Positions 33,635 through 43,440 of a DNA stretch of 61,245 nucleotides are shown here, piece by piece (positions within the stretch are counted from its first letter, which is position 1; the number at the start of each line of letters is the position of its first letter). The DNA is from Candidatus Limnocylindrales bacterium. Its GTDB lineage: Bacteria > Chloroflexota > Limnocylindria > Limnocylindrales > CSP1-4. Both the position numbers and the translations under genes were made by a program. The notes beneath the pieces are model-generated. The model was not told the DNA's origin. It saw only the letters and a program-made list of their open reading frames with translations, and made no database searches. The DNA lies in contig DASTIE010000001.1 in the NCBI GenBank assembly GCA_035717865.1, forward strand, positions 1 to 61,245, read 5' to 3'.

Positions 33635-36397
33635 CTAGGGTGGCGTCAGGATCAGCGTCTGCGCGGCGCTGGCCTGGACGTTCCCGACGGAGAACGGCAG
33701 CGGGACGGTCTGCCCTTCCGCCCACAGTGTGATCAGGTCGCCGTAGTGCGGGTCGCCGGGATTGCCGCTCTGGCCGGTGGTGATGACGATCCGCGCGCCG
33801 TCGAGATCGGCCATGTCGATCGTGAAGCGGTACGACGGGCCGTTCGTGACCCCGAACGTCTCGACGTTGCCGAGGGGCTCGTACCCCGGGTCGTAGGGAT
33901 CCGCGTAGGCGCGCTGGACGCGGTAGTAGTTGTTGTCGATCGCGCCGTCGGCGCCCGCGACCGGCCGGGACGAGGAGTTGAAATACAGCTCGAGCGGCGG
34001 AATGCCGGACGTCCCGAGCGTCGACTCCCGGAACTGCACCTGGTGCAGCCGGCCCCACGTCCAGCCCGATGGGTCGCCGTAGGCCTTGCGGAGGCTCGCG
34101 GCCGTCTGGTCGATGACGCCGGAGAGGATCGCCTCGGGCGCGGGGGCGCTGCCGGCGTCTGACCCTGACGTCTGCCACCACGAGCTCGAGCGATCGCCGA
34201 GGACGGCGATCAGCGCCTGCCACGACATGGTCGAGCCGACGTACTCGCGCGCGATCGGCCCGAGCTCGTCGTCGAAGATCGCCCGCAGCAGGCCCAGCTC
34301 GACCGTCGCGTACGCGGCACAGCCGGCCGAATCCACGGTGCACTGGTGGTCCCAGCGCGTGAGGCTGGTCCACAGCGAGCGGCCATCCTCGGTTGAGGGC
34401 GTCGGGATCAGCGACACGAGCAGCGGCACGATCGTGTCGGCGCGCCCGAGCAGGGTGTCCATCTGGATCAGGCGCATGTCCTGCGCCGTCGCTGCGCCTT
34501 CGCCCAGCTCCTCGAGGCGCTCCGTGATCCTCGCGGCGCGGTACCCGGGGTCGTACTCGTTGCCGAGCCAGTGCGCGTACGCCTGGTCGACCGGGGCGTT
34601 GTTCGCGCTGACGATCCGGCCCGACGCCGGGTTGAGCTGCCATGGCAGCGCCTCGCGGGGGATGTAGCCCGTCCACTCGGCCTCGCCCGACGCGCCGTCG
34701 CGTGCACGTTCGCCCGTGGCCCAACGGATCAGGAGAGCGCAGTCCATGGTCGGGCTGGCGCTGCACGCGTCCCCGATCGCCGCCGCGGTGTCCCGGATCG
34801 GGATCAGGCCCGGGAGCACGTAGCCGATGTTGCCGTCGACGTCGGCGTAGATGAAGTTCTGGCTCGGCGAGCCGTAGCCGTCGAACGCCGCGCGGAACTC
34901 TTCGAAGCTCGTCGCGAGGTCGATCTCGAAGAAGCTCTCGAGCGCGAGATCCACCTCGGCCGTCGTCGTCCAGCGCATGGCGAGCACGGGGCCGTCCTTC
35001 AGTCGATCGTCGACGTCGCTCAGGACGACGCCGTGGCGGGTCGATCGGATGTCGAGCTCGACGGTCGTCCCGCCGGCGACCTTGATCGACTCATGACGGA
35101 TCTCGAACGGCACGGACGCGCCCTGGTAGATGTAGCGGGCGTTCGGATCGGACGGGTCGACGGTCTCGACGAACAGGTCCTGGGTATCCGGGTTGACGTT
35201 CGTCGCGCCCCACGCGATCCGCGCGTTGTGCCCGAGGACGACCGCCGGCGCGCCCGGGAACGAGACGCCGACCACGTCCCACGGGCAGGCCGTGCCGAGC
35301 GTCCGGCAGTGGAGCCCGTTCATGATCCAGATCGACGGCATCGCGAAGCCGAGGTGCGGGTCGTTGGCCAGGATCGGCTTGCCGCTCGCCGAGTGCGCCC
35401 CGGAGACGACCCAGTTGTTCGACCCGATGCCGTGGTCCCCGACGAGGCCTGCCCCGCGATCCAGGCCCGCCAGCGCGGCGATCTCGGAAGCGCGCCCGCC
35501 GATCGCCGCGAGTGCCGCCGCATGGTCCGCGGTGATTGCGGCCGCGGCCGGCCCGCCCGAACGTGGCACGGTTTGGGCGGCCGCGGCACCGGGCAGGGCG
35601 CCGGTAGCGGCGTTGCTGCCGTTGCCGACGTTGCTGCCGGTCCCGGCGTTGCCGCCGTTTCCCATCGCGTCGGCCGGCGTGATGACCGGCGCGGCCGGGT
35701 CGTAGGCGGGGAAGAGCTCGTCCGTGCGGGCCGGGTCGCCGAGCCGGGCGTCGGCGAGCAGCCGGAAGATCTCCGAGTCGACGTTCCCGCCGAGCGACCA
35801 CGCCTGGACCTTCTGCCACGTGGCGGTGTCCAGCGGCGTCCATGGCTCCAGCTCGAAGCCGCCGATGTCGTAGCGGCCGGACAGCACGCCGGCGACGACG
35901 AACGGGGTCGAGAGCCGGCCGTTGTGCTCGGCGATCCAGGCGTTCACCCCGTCGGCGTAGGCCTGGAGGATGGCCTTCCCGAACGGCGACATCGCGTCCA
36001 GGTCGCGCTGTGCCGCGACGCGCCAGCCCAGCGTCCGGATGTAGCGATCGGTGTCGATCTGGCTCTTGCCGAACAGCTCGGCGAGCCGGCCCGCACCGAT
36101 CCGACGGGACATCTCCATCTGCCACATCCGCTCCTGGGCGTGGACGTAACCCTGGGCGAGGAAGAGGTCGTGCTGGCTGTCGGCGCTGATCTGGATGATC
36201 CCGGATGCGTCGCGGATGACGGTCACCGGCGCCGTGAGCCCCTGGACCGCGAGGGACCCCGCGGTCTGCGGCCAGCCGCGTTGCGTCGTGACAGCACCGA
36301 GCACCGCGAGAACCACGATCACCAGCGAGACGAGGACCGCGATCAGCCGGATCAGCCGGCCCACGAGGCTCACCGCGATGCGACCCGCGCGAAGCAT
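33635..36397 (-). CDS. Penicillin acylase family (Ntn hydrolase S45)
   Basis: N-terminal TM anchor. ..LAQGYVHAQERMWQMEM... Nucleophile context ..GIGSNNWVVSG... Asn/Gly-rich spacer ..GNGGNAGTGSNVGNGSN.. just upstream of the Ser. Confidence 0.85.
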   Translation of the reverse strand: MLRAGRIAVSLVGRLIRLIAVLVSLVIVVLAVLGAVTTQRGWPQTAGSLAVQGLTAPVTVIRDASGIIQISADSQHDLFLAQGYVHAQERMWQMEMSRRIGAGRLAELFGKSQIDTDRYIRTLGWRVAAQRDLDAMSPFGKAILQAYADGVNAWIAEHNGRLSTPFVVAGVLSGRYDIGGFELEPWTPLDTATWQKVQAWSLGGNVDSEIFRLLADARLGDPARTDELFPAYDPAAPVITPADAMGNGGNAGTGSNVGNGSNAATGALPGAAAAQTVPRSGGPAAAAITADHAAALAAIGGRASEIAALAGLDRGAGLVGDHGIGSNNWVVSGAHSASGKPILANDPHLGFAMPSIWIMNGLHCRTLGTACPWDVVGVSFPGAPAVVLGHNARIAWGATNVNPDTQDLFVETVDPSDPNARYIYQGASVPFEIRHESIKVAGGTTVELDIRSTRHGVVLSDVDDRLKDGPVLAMRWTTTAEVDLALESFFEIDLATSFEEFRAAFDGYGSPSQNFIYADVDGNIGYVLPGLIPIRDTAAAIGDACSASPTMDCALLIRWATGERARDGASGEAEWTGYIPREALPWQLNPASGRIVSANNAPVDQAYAHWLGNEYDPGYRAARITERLEELGEGAATAQDMRLIQMDTLLGRADTIVPLLVSLIPTPSTEDGRSLWTSLTRWDHQCTVDSAGCAAYATVELGLLRAIFDDELGPIAREYVGSTMSWQALIAVLGDRSSSWWQTSGSDAGSAPAPEAILSGVIDQTAASLRKAYGDPSGWTWGRLHQVQFRESTLGTSGIPPLELYFNSSSRPVAGADGAIDNNYYRVQRAYADPYDPGYEPLGNVETFGVTNGPSYRFTIDMADLDGARIVITTGQSGNPGDPHYGDLITLWAEGQTVPLPFSVGNVQASAAQTLILTPP

Positions 36398-36408
36398 CGA
36401 GCCCTGGC

Positions 36409-37431
36409 TCAGCGAGGCAGGACGGTGCCGAGGCCGGCGGCTTCCGCCGACCGGACGATCGCGTCCGCGAACACCAGGTCCGCGAGGCCGACCCCGAGGT
36501 GCGTGACCACCACGCGACCCGCGGGCCGGGGCGTGCCCGCGAGGATCGCCTCGCCGATGGTCGCCATCGGGTCCGGGTAGCCGTCGAAGTTGCCGGCGTC
36601 GCGGTTCGCGAGGTACTGCTCGCGCTGGTCGACGACGAACAGCGCGGCATCGCGCGCGACCTGGGCGGCGCAGTAGGTGGCGTAGTCGATCGGGATGACC
36701 GTGGCGTCATCTCGCAGCCAGTCGTTGGTCATCGACTGGCGCTCCTCCGCGGGCCCGAAGGAAGCCGCCGAGAAGACGACGCTCGCCCCGTCGACCGCCT
36801 CGCGGGCCGTGGCCGCGACCTCAGCCGAGGCGATTCCCTCCGTCGCGCGGGCCACGCGGGCGAGGGCCGCCGCTCGCTCCGGCGATCGATCGAAGATCCG
36901 CAGCCGCGCCCCCGGCAGCAGTCCCGCGAACACCGCGAGGTGGGAGCGCCCCTGCACGCCGGCGCCGATCATCGCCACCTCCTGGGCCGCGCCGCCCGCC
37001 GGGCCGAAGTGCCGCAGCCCCACGCCGCTCACCGCCGCCGTTCGCTCGGCCGTGATCGGCCCGCCATCGAGCACCGCCGTCGGGATCCCGGTCTCGGGAT
37101 CGTTCACGACGACGACGGCGTGGATGCCGGGCAGCCCGAGCGCGGTGTTCGTCGCGTAGCCGGCGACCCATTTCATCCCCACGAGGTCGCCGGACGCGTC
37201 CTCGCCCCGGAGGTGCGACGGCATCGCGTGGACGAACGAGGCCTCCGGTCGCGGGTGGATGGCGATCTTCGGCGGGAGCTGGGCGGCGCCGGGTCGTGCG
37301 AGGGCCGTCATCGTCAGCTCGGCGAGCCGGAGGCGTTCCTCCAGCGGCGGCATCGCGGCGACCACGTCGCCACCGGACAGCCACCGCAGCGGCGGGAGCG
37401 CCCCGGATCCGTCCGCCCTGCGACCGGCCAT
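36409..37431 (-). CDS. Ornithine cyclodeaminase / mu-crystallin family protein
   Basis: Rossmann motif ..VAMIGAGVQGRSHL.., with family-wide similarity in length and order of segments. Confidence 0.75.
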   Translation of the reverse strand: MAGRRADGSGALPPLRWLSGGDVVAAMPPLEERLRLAELTMTALARPGAAQLPPKIAIHPRPEASFVHAMPSHLRGEDASGDLVGMKWVAGYATNTALGLPGIHAVVVVNDPETGIPTAVLDGGPITAERTAAVSGVGLRHFGPAGGAAQEVAMIGAGVQGRSHLAVFAGLLPGARLRIFDRSPERAAALARVARATEGIASAEVAATAREAVDGASVVFSAASFGPAEERQSMTNDWLRDDATVIPIDYATYCAAQVARDAALFVVDQREQYLANRDAGNFDGYPDPMATIGEAILAGTPRPAGRVVVTHLGVGLADLVFADAIVRSAEAAGLGTVLPR

Positions 37432-37492
37432 CGGGCGGCATTGTAGGGAGCCGCGACATGGCCCCGTCTCGCCATGGCTACGATTCGCTGCG

Positions 37493-38629
37493 ATGGCCCC
37501 GATCGACGTCCAGCAGAGCCTGCAGAACCTGAAGCTGGAGCGCGACGCGATCGTGCTCTACGACGAGCTCGCGAAGATCGAGAAGGATCCTCGCCGGGCC
37601 GACGCGTTCCGGACCATCGCCTCCAACGAGCGGCGCCACGCGGACGTCTGGGCCGGCAAGCTCCGGGAGCTCGGCGCCACCGTGCCGGAGATCGACAGGC
37701 CGGGGATGCGCATCCGGACCATCCTCCTGATGGCCCGCGCCTTCGGGACCCACGCGGTCCGCGACATGGTCCAGGCCCTCGAGGGCGACGAGGAGGAGCT
37801 CTACACCGCGCAGTCCTCACCCGAGGTCGAGGCCATCGCCGCGGACGAGCGCGAGCACGCTGCGATCTGGGACCGCCTCAGCGGCGGCAAGCGCAGCCAC
37901 GCGAGCGTGGCACAGCGGGCGAGCGACATCGCGGCGGGGGAGCGCTGGCATCGAGCCGGGCGGTCGGGGACGCTGCGCGCGGTCATCTTCGGCGTCTCGG
38001 ACGGGCTCGTCTCGAATCTCGCCCTGGTGATGGGCGTCGCCGGCGCATCACAGGGCGAGGGCTCGTTCGTGCTGCTCGCCGGAATCGCCGGCCTGCTGGC
38101 CGGGGCGTTCTCCATGGGCGCGGGCGAGTACATCTCCATGCAGAGCCAGCGCGAGCTGTTCGAGCGGCAGATCGCGCTGGAGCGGGCCGAGCTGGAGGCG
38201 ATGCCCCAGGAGGAGCAGGCCGAGCTGGCCCAGGTCTACCGCGCCAAGGGCTTCACCCAGTCCGAGGCCGAGGCCATCGCCGCGCGGATGTTCGCCGACC
38301 CGGAGCATGCGCTCGACACGCTCGTACGCGAGGAGCTGGGCCTCGACCCGGACGAGCTCGGGTCGCCCTGGGGCGCTGCGTCGGGTTCGTTCGTCGCATT
38401 CGGGATCGGCGCGCTGATCCCCGTGATTCCCTACCTGCTCACGAGCGGCAGCACGGCCTTCCTCGCCGCGATCGCGCTATCGATCGGTTCGCTGTTCGCG
38501 GTCGGCGCCGGCGTGAGCCTGCTGACCGGACGGAGCCTGCTCTTCTCCGGCGCGCGCCAGGTGGTGATCGGCGCTGCCGCTGCCGTCGTCACGTACCTCG
38601 TCGGACACGCCATCGGCATCGCGGTGTAG
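37493..38629 (+). CDS. VIT1/CCC1-family iron/manganese transporter with an N-terminal ferritin/rubrerythrin-like domain
   Basis: ORF 37259..38629 trimmed to the ATG at 37493. ..ERRHADVW.., ..DEREHAAIW.., then ..GVSDGLVSNLALVMGV.. and ..GEYISMQSQRE... Confidence 0.8.
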   Translation: MAPIDVQQSLQNLKLERDAIVLYDELAKIEKDPRRADAFRTIASNERRHADVWAGKLRELGATVPEIDRPGMRIRTILLMARAFGTHAVRDMVQALEGDEEELYTAQSSPEVEAIAADEREHAAIWDRLSGGKRSHASVAQRASDIAAGERWHRAGRSGTLRAVIFGVSDGLVSNLALVMGVAGASQGEGSFVLLAGIAGLLAGAFSMGAGEYISMQSQRELFERQIALERAELEAMPQEEQAELAQVYRAKGFTQSEAEAIAARMFADPEHALDTLVREELGLDPDELGSPWGAASGSFVAFGIGALIPVIPYLLTSGSTAFLAAIALSIGSLFAVGAGVSLLTGRSLLFSGARQVVIGAAAAVVTYLVGHAIGIAV

Positions 38630-38947
38630 CCAGTCCAGCGTCGAGTCGCGGCGGTCTTCGGTCGCGGGGGAGGCAACCGCGGAAACGTCCTCGCCGTCGA
38701 CGAGGATCGCGTCCGGCGGCGGCAGCCCGAGGTACTCGCGATGGAGCCGCAGGACCGATTCGACGGTCTGGCCGTCGATCCACTGGGCGCTGCCGGCGAG
38801 CCGCTCGGCGATCCAGCCGGCCTCGGCGCGTCGCTCCAGGGCCTCGAGGTCCAGCTCGCGGCGCTTGCCATCCATCGACACGACCGCGACGAGGCCGCCG
38901 CCCGCGACGAGCCCGACGAGCAGCAGCCACCATTGGAACTCCGCCAT
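38477..38947 (-). CDS. Hypothetical single-pass membrane protein
   Basis: ATG at 38947 within ORF 38477..39055. MAEFQWWLLLVGLVAGGGLVAVV is an anchor. However, the last ~50 codons overlap the VIT1 3' end in antisense, so the C-terminus or the whole call is doubtful. Confidence 0.35.
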   Translation of the reverse strand: MAEFQWWLLLVGLVAGGGLVAVVSMDGKRRELDLEALERRAEAGWIAERLAGSAQWIDGQTVESVLRLHREYLGLPPPDAILVDGEDVSAVASPATEDRRDSTLDWLHRDADGVSDEVRDDGSGSADHHLARAGEEQAPSGQQAHAGADREQRTDR

Positions 38948-38987
38948 CAGGCCGGAAGGATAGGGCGCCCGCGTACACTCGCCCGCG

Positions 38988-39947
38988 ATGATCGACTGGA
39001 CGCCGAGCTCGGTCGCGCTGCAGCTCGGCCCGATTTCCCTGTACTGGTACGGCATCTGCTACGCCCTCGGGCTCGCAGGCGCGTACTGGGTCATGGTCCG
39101 GATGGCGAAGCGCTTCCACCAGAACCCCTCGATCATCGGCAACGGGCTGATCGTGGTGGCCATCGCGGCGCTCGCGGGCGGCCGGCTGTACCACGTCATC
39201 GACCAGTGGCAGAACCTCTACGCCGCCGATCCGATCAAGGTCTTCCTGCCACCCTACGCCGGCCTCGGGATCTTCGGGGGCCTCATCACGGGCGGCATCG
39301 CCGTGGTCGCGCTTACCCGCTACTACCGGGTGTCGTTCTGGCGCTGGGCGGACATCGTGGCGCCCGGCATCTTCGTGATGCAGGCCGCGGGCCGGCTCGG
39401 CAACTTCTTCAACCAGGAGCTGTACGGCCCGCCGACGAGCCTGCCCTGGGGGATCGCCATCGATTGCGAGCACCGGGTCGTCGAGTATCCGTGCGCGACG
39501 TTCCCGCTCGCGGAGACCCATTTCCAGCCGCTGTTCCTGTACGAGTCGCTCTCCGGGCTCCTCGCGGCAATCGTGCTGATCTGGCTTGCCAGCCGGCCCC
39601 GACCGTGGCTTCGAGTCGGCGACCTGGGCGCGATCATGTTCATCTGGCTGGGCGGGGTGCGTTTCCTGCTCGAGTTCCTTCGAATCGACAACTGGCGGAT
39701 CGGCGACATCCCGACGGCCCAGCTCTTTGGCGCGGCATCCGTGGCGCTCGGCATCGGGATCCTGGTCTACCGGCGGCGAGCCGGCGCTCCACAGCTCGTC
39801 CCCGAGCCAGGCAGCCCGGAGGCGCGGGCGCTCAAGGAGGCGGCGGCGGAGCGCGCACCTGCCGGCGAGGGCGACGCAACTGCCGACGCCGACGACGACT
39901 TTGACGAATTCGACGAATTCGACGCCACCCACGGCAAGGGCACGTAG
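38988..39947 (+). CDS. lgt: Prolipoprotein diacylglyceryl transferase with an acidic C-terminal tail
   Basis: ..LYWYGICYALG.., ..GGRLYHV.., ..GRLGNFFNQELYGPPT... Tail ..DADDDFDEFDEFD... Confidence 0.85.
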   Translation: MIDWTPSSVALQLGPISLYWYGICYALGLAGAYWVMVRMAKRFHQNPSIIGNGLIVVAIAALAGGRLYHVIDQWQNLYAADPIKVFLPPYAGLGIFGGLITGGIAVVALTRYYRVSFWRWADIVAPGIFVMQAAGRLGNFFNQELYGPPTSLPWGIAIDCEHRVVEYPCATFPLAETHFQPLFLYESLSGLLAAIVLIWLASRPRPWLRVGDLGAIMFIWLGGVRFLLEFLRIDNWRIGDIPTAQLFGAASVALGIGILVYRRRAGAPQLVPEPGSPEARALKEAAAERAPAGEGDATADADDDFDEFDEFDATHGKGT

Positions 39948-40087
39948 CGACGGCTCCGAAGCGGCCGCGCGCGCGGATTCGGCCGGAGGCGCTGGCGGCG
40001 GCTCGCGGCGGCGCCCGGGAGGGCCTCGAGTGGCTCGGCCGGCGCCCGGAGGCGAAGGCCTCGCTCCTGTACCGGCTCCTTCGGCTC

Positions 40088-40816
40088 GTGGCCCGCTTCG
40101 TCCTGTTCGGCGTGTTCCGCCTCAGGGTGGACACCTCCGGCCAGGAGCACCTGCCCCGGGACGGGGGCTACCTGCTCGTCGCCGCGGCCCACCGGGGCTG
40201 GATCGACCCGTTCGTCGCGATGCATGCCCTTCCCGCGGAGCCGCGCTGCTGGTTTCTCGGCAGCGGGCCGTCCACGTTCACGTCGCGGTGGCGAGAGCGG
40301 CTGATCCACCGCCTCGGCGGGCTGCTGCCGGTGTGGCGCGGCGGCCTGGGCGTCGAGGGGCACGTCCGGTCCGCACGGGCGGTCGTCGAGGCCGGAGCGG
40401 TGTTCGTGCAGATGCCGGAGGGGACGGTCAACGGGCCACCCGGGCGGCTCGGGCCGTTTCGGCCGGGCGCGGCACTGATCGCGCTGCGCACCGGCGCCAC
40501 GATCGTCCCGCTCGCGATGGCCGGCACCGAGGAGCTCTACATCGGGCGCCGGCTGGCCTCTCGCGTCCTGCCGCCCACCTCGGCGCGAGAGCTGCTCGGC
40601 GACACCTGGGACGGCGTGCGGCCCGAAGCGGACTCGCGCGCCGAGCTCGAGCTCGCGAAGCGCGCCAGCGAGGCGCTCGCGGCCCGGATCGGCCCGGTCG
40701 TGGAGGAGCTGTACCCCCGAACCATCGATCCGCCCTCGCACCCGCGCCGTCTGCGCCGGCGCCTGACCTGGCTCCTGCTCGGGCCGGGCCCGCTTGAGCA
40801 CGAACCGAAAGCCTGA
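40088..40816 (+). CDS. Lysophospholipid (1-acyl-sn-glycerol-3-phosphate) acyltransferase family
   Basis: H-x4-D motif ..AAHRGWIDPF.. and ..VQMPEGTV.. / ..IVPLAMAG... Confidence 0.75.
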   Translation: MARFVLFGVFRLRVDTSGQEHLPRDGGYLLVAAAHRGWIDPFVAMHALPAEPRCWFLGSGPSTFTSRWRERLIHRLGGLLPVWRGGLGVEGHVRSARAVVEAGAVFVQMPEGTVNGPPGRLGPFRPGAALIALRTGATIVPLAMAGTEELYIGRRLASRVLPPTSARELLGDTWDGVRPEADSRAELELAKRASEALAARIGPVVEELYPRTIDPPSHPRRLRRRLTWLLLGPGPLEHEPKA

Positions 40817-40844
40817 ACCGTCGGGCCGATATCCTCCGTGGCGC

Positions 40845-42284
40845 ATGCGCTACGCGGAATCGATCCTCGACCTCGTCGGCGGCACGCCCCTCGTCCGCCT
40901 GACGCGGATCCCCGGGCGGGACCTCGGGCCGCTCGAGGCGCAGCCGCTCATCCTCGCCAAGCTCGAGACGATGAACCCCGGCGGCTCCGTGAAGGATCGC
41001 ATCGGGCTGCCGATGATCGAGGCCGCGGAGCGCGGGGGCCTGCTCAAGCCGGGCGGCACGATCATCGAGCCGACGTCCGGCAACACCGGCCACGGCCTGG
41101 CCATCGCGGCGGCGCTCAAGGGCTATCGCTGCATCTTCGTCATGGCCGACAAGCAGTCGACCGAGAAGCAGGCGCTGCTCCGGGCGTACGGCGCGGAGGT
41201 CGTGCTCTGCCCCACGAACGTCGAGCCGGATTCCCCCGAGAGCTACTACTCCGTGGCGGCGCGGCTGGCGCGCGACATACCCGGCGCGTTCAAGCCGGAC
41301 CAGTACTGGAACCAGGAGAACCCGACGGCCCACGAGCAGACGACCGGCCCGGAGATCTGGGAGCAGACGGAGGGTCGCATCAGCCACTTCGTCGCGAGCG
41401 TGGGGACGGGCGGCACGGTCACCGGCACCGGTCGGTACCTCAAGTCGCGGAACGAGAACCTGGTCGTCGTCGGGGCGGATCCGGAGGGCTCCGTGCTGTC
41501 CGGCGACACCGCGCGCCCGTACCTCCAGGAGGGAATCGGCGAGGACTTCTTCCCGGGGACGTACGACGCGGCGGTCGTGGACCGCTGGGTCCGCGTCTCC
41601 GACCGCGACGCGTTCGCCATGGCCCGCCGGATCACGCGCGAGGAGGGCATCCTCGCGGGCGAGTCCTGCGGCACCGCGCTGATCGCCGCGCTGGACGAGG
41701 CTCGCCGGCTCATGCGCGAGGAGGGCGACGCCGCCCGCGAGCGGATCATCGTCGTGATCTTTCCGGACAGCGGCCGGAACTACCTCTCGAAGCTCTACAA
41801 CGACGAGTGGATGCGGGCCAACGGACTCCTGACGACCACCGGCGCAGTGGTCCGCGTCGAAGAGGTCCTTCGCGCCCGCCACCACGACCAGGAGATTCCG
41901 GACGTCGTGCTTGCCCGGACGACCGATCGCATCGGGGCAGCGATCGACCTCCTGCAGCTGTACGGCATCAGCCAGCTGCCGGTGTCCGAGCGCCCCGACG
42001 ACGACGCGATCGAGGGCATCGTCGGCTCGGTGAGCGAGCGCGGGCTCCTCGAGCGGGCGTATCGCGACCCGAGCGTGGTCGAGCGCACGGTGGGTGAGCT
42101 CATGGACCCGCCGCTGCCGACCGTCGACGTCCGAACCTCGCTCGACGACGCGTTCGCGCTGCTCTCCGGCGGCGCCCCGGCCGTGGTCGCCAGGTCGGGT
42201 GCGCGGTCGGCAGGGGTCGTGACGAAGCTCGACCTCCTGGAGTTCCTGGCCCACCGGAGCCGCGAAGGCACCAAAGCGGGCTAG
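40845..42284 (+). CDS. Cystathionine beta-synthase (PLP domain plus tandem CBS pair)
   Basis: ORF 40794..42284 trimmed to the ATG at 40845. ..NPGGSVKDRI.., ..EPTSGNTGHGLA.., ..GTGGTVTG... The C-terminal ~130 aa is a CBS pair. Confidence 0.85.
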   Translation: MRYAESILDLVGGTPLVRLTRIPGRDLGPLEAQPLILAKLETMNPGGSVKDRIGLPMIEAAERGGLLKPGGTIIEPTSGNTGHGLAIAAALKGYRCIFVMADKQSTEKQALLRAYGAEVVLCPTNVEPDSPESYYSVAARLARDIPGAFKPDQYWNQENPTAHEQTTGPEIWEQTEGRISHFVASVGTGGTVTGTGRYLKSRNENLVVVGADPEGSVLSGDTARPYLQEGIGEDFFPGTYDAAVVDRWVRVSDRDAFAMARRITREEGILAGESCGTALIAALDEARRLMREEGDAARERIIVVIFPDSGRNYLSKLYNDEWMRANGLLTTTGAVVRVEEVLRARHHDQEIPDVVLARTTDRIGAAIDLLQLYGISQLPVSERPDDDAIEGIVGSVSERGLLERAYRDPSVVERTVGELMDPPLPTVDVRTSLDDAFALLSGGAPAVVARSGARSAGVVTKLDLLEFLAHRSREGTKAG

Positions 42285-43339
42285 ACCCAGGGCAGCTTGA
42301 CCGGCAGGAACGCGTTCAGGAGCAGCCCGAGGATGAGGAGCGCGCCGGCACGGCGCGTGTGCACGAAGGCCTGGCCCACGAACCACAGCGGCCAGCCGAC
42401 GTAGCTGTGCGGCTCGACCTCCGGCTTCGGCTGCGAGAACACCCGCAGGACCTGGACGAGCTTCGGGAGCCCGAGCACCACCAGCGCAACCCACGGTCCG
42501 ATCCAGCCGATGGCCGCGGCCCCGAGGACGATCGGGTAGAAGGCGATCATGAGGACCTGGGCAACGAGGCGCGCCTTCTTCTCGCCGAGCAGGACGGGCA
42601 TCGTCCGGACGCCCTTCTTCCTGTCGGCCTCGATCTTGTCGATGTGCTTGCCGAAGAGGACGGTCGTGACGAGGATCGCGTAGGGCAGGGAGGCGATCCA
42701 CGCCCAGCCGGGAATCTGGCCGGTCGCGACGAAGAACGTTCCCACGACCATCAGCGGACCCCAGACGATGAACACGCCGGGCTCGCCGAGCCCGATGTGC
42801 TTGAGGCGGATCGGCGGTGCCACGTAGAACACGGACACGAACAGCCCGCCGAGCGCGAAGGCGGCGACGGGCCAGCCGCGCTGGGTCACCAGGAACAGCA
42901 GGATTGCGAGGTCGATCGCGTTGGCGATGAGGATCGCCGCGCCGAGCTGGCGCTTCGTGACCCAGCCCGAGAGGATCGGGTGCGGTGCGTACTGCGCCCG
43001 GACGTAGTCCTCGGTGTCGACCCCGCCCTCGAGGTCGAAGTAGTCGTTGATCATGTTGTTCGCGGCATGGGCCACGACGAGCCCGAGGACCGCGAGCAGC
43101 AGCAGCCCGTAGTCGACCGTGAACGGCCCGCCGATCGGGCCGCCGCCGACCTGCGCGAGTCGCTCGGCGCCGATCGCGAGCAGCCCGCCGATGAGGCCGG
43201 ACGTGACGGTCATCGAGAAGACGGCCGCGCGGGTGATGACGAGCCACTTGCTGACGGCGTCCGGCGGGGTCGTCATCCCGACGGGCAGGTTCGCGGTGTT
43301 GTAGGCGGTCTTCCAGACTCGGAGTCGGTCGGCGAGCAC
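42281..43339 (-). CDS. UbiA-family aromatic prenyltransferase (MenA-like)
   Basis: 8-9 TM helices. Motif ..NNMINDYFDLEGGVD.. (N-x3-D-x3-D). Convergent 4-nt overlap with the CBS gene. Confidence 0.75.
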   Translation of the reverse strand: MLADRLRVWKTAYNTANLPVGMTTPPDAVSKWLVITRAAVFSMTVTSGLIGGLLAIGAERLAQVGGGPIGGPFTVDYGLLLLAVLGLVVAHAANNMINDYFDLEGGVDTEDYVRAQYAPHPILSGWVTKRQLGAAILIANAIDLAILLFLVTQRGWPVAAFALGGLFVSVFYVAPPIRLKHIGLGEPGVFIVWGPLMVVGTFFVATGQIPGWAWIASLPYAILVTTVLFGKHIDKIEADRKKGVRTMPVLLGEKKARLVAQVLMIAFYPIVLGAAAIGWIGPWVALVVLGLPKLVQVLRVFSQPKPEVEPHSYVGWPLWFVGQAFVHTRRAGALLILGLLLNAFLPVKLPWV

Positions 43340-43440
43340 GGCGGTGTCCCTTGTCAGCGCCGGAGGAGGAGTCCCTCCGAAACTTGCGCGCCGATAGTAG
43401 CACTATTGTGAAGGCGCGCCGACCTGCGATCATCCGAGCG

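Noticed and set aside
40428-43433. 1001-aa minus-strand ORF
   Set aside because: It overlaps the plsC-like and CBS genes in antisense and the ubiA-like gene out of frame. Its Arg/Pro/Ala/Gly-rich composition has no recognisable domain.
43340-43440. SAM or other riboswitch upstream of the cystathionine lyase gene
   Set aside because: I found no SAM-I, SAM-II or SAM-IV core sequences by eye. The region is only ~100 nt and is dominated by one palindromic hairpin.
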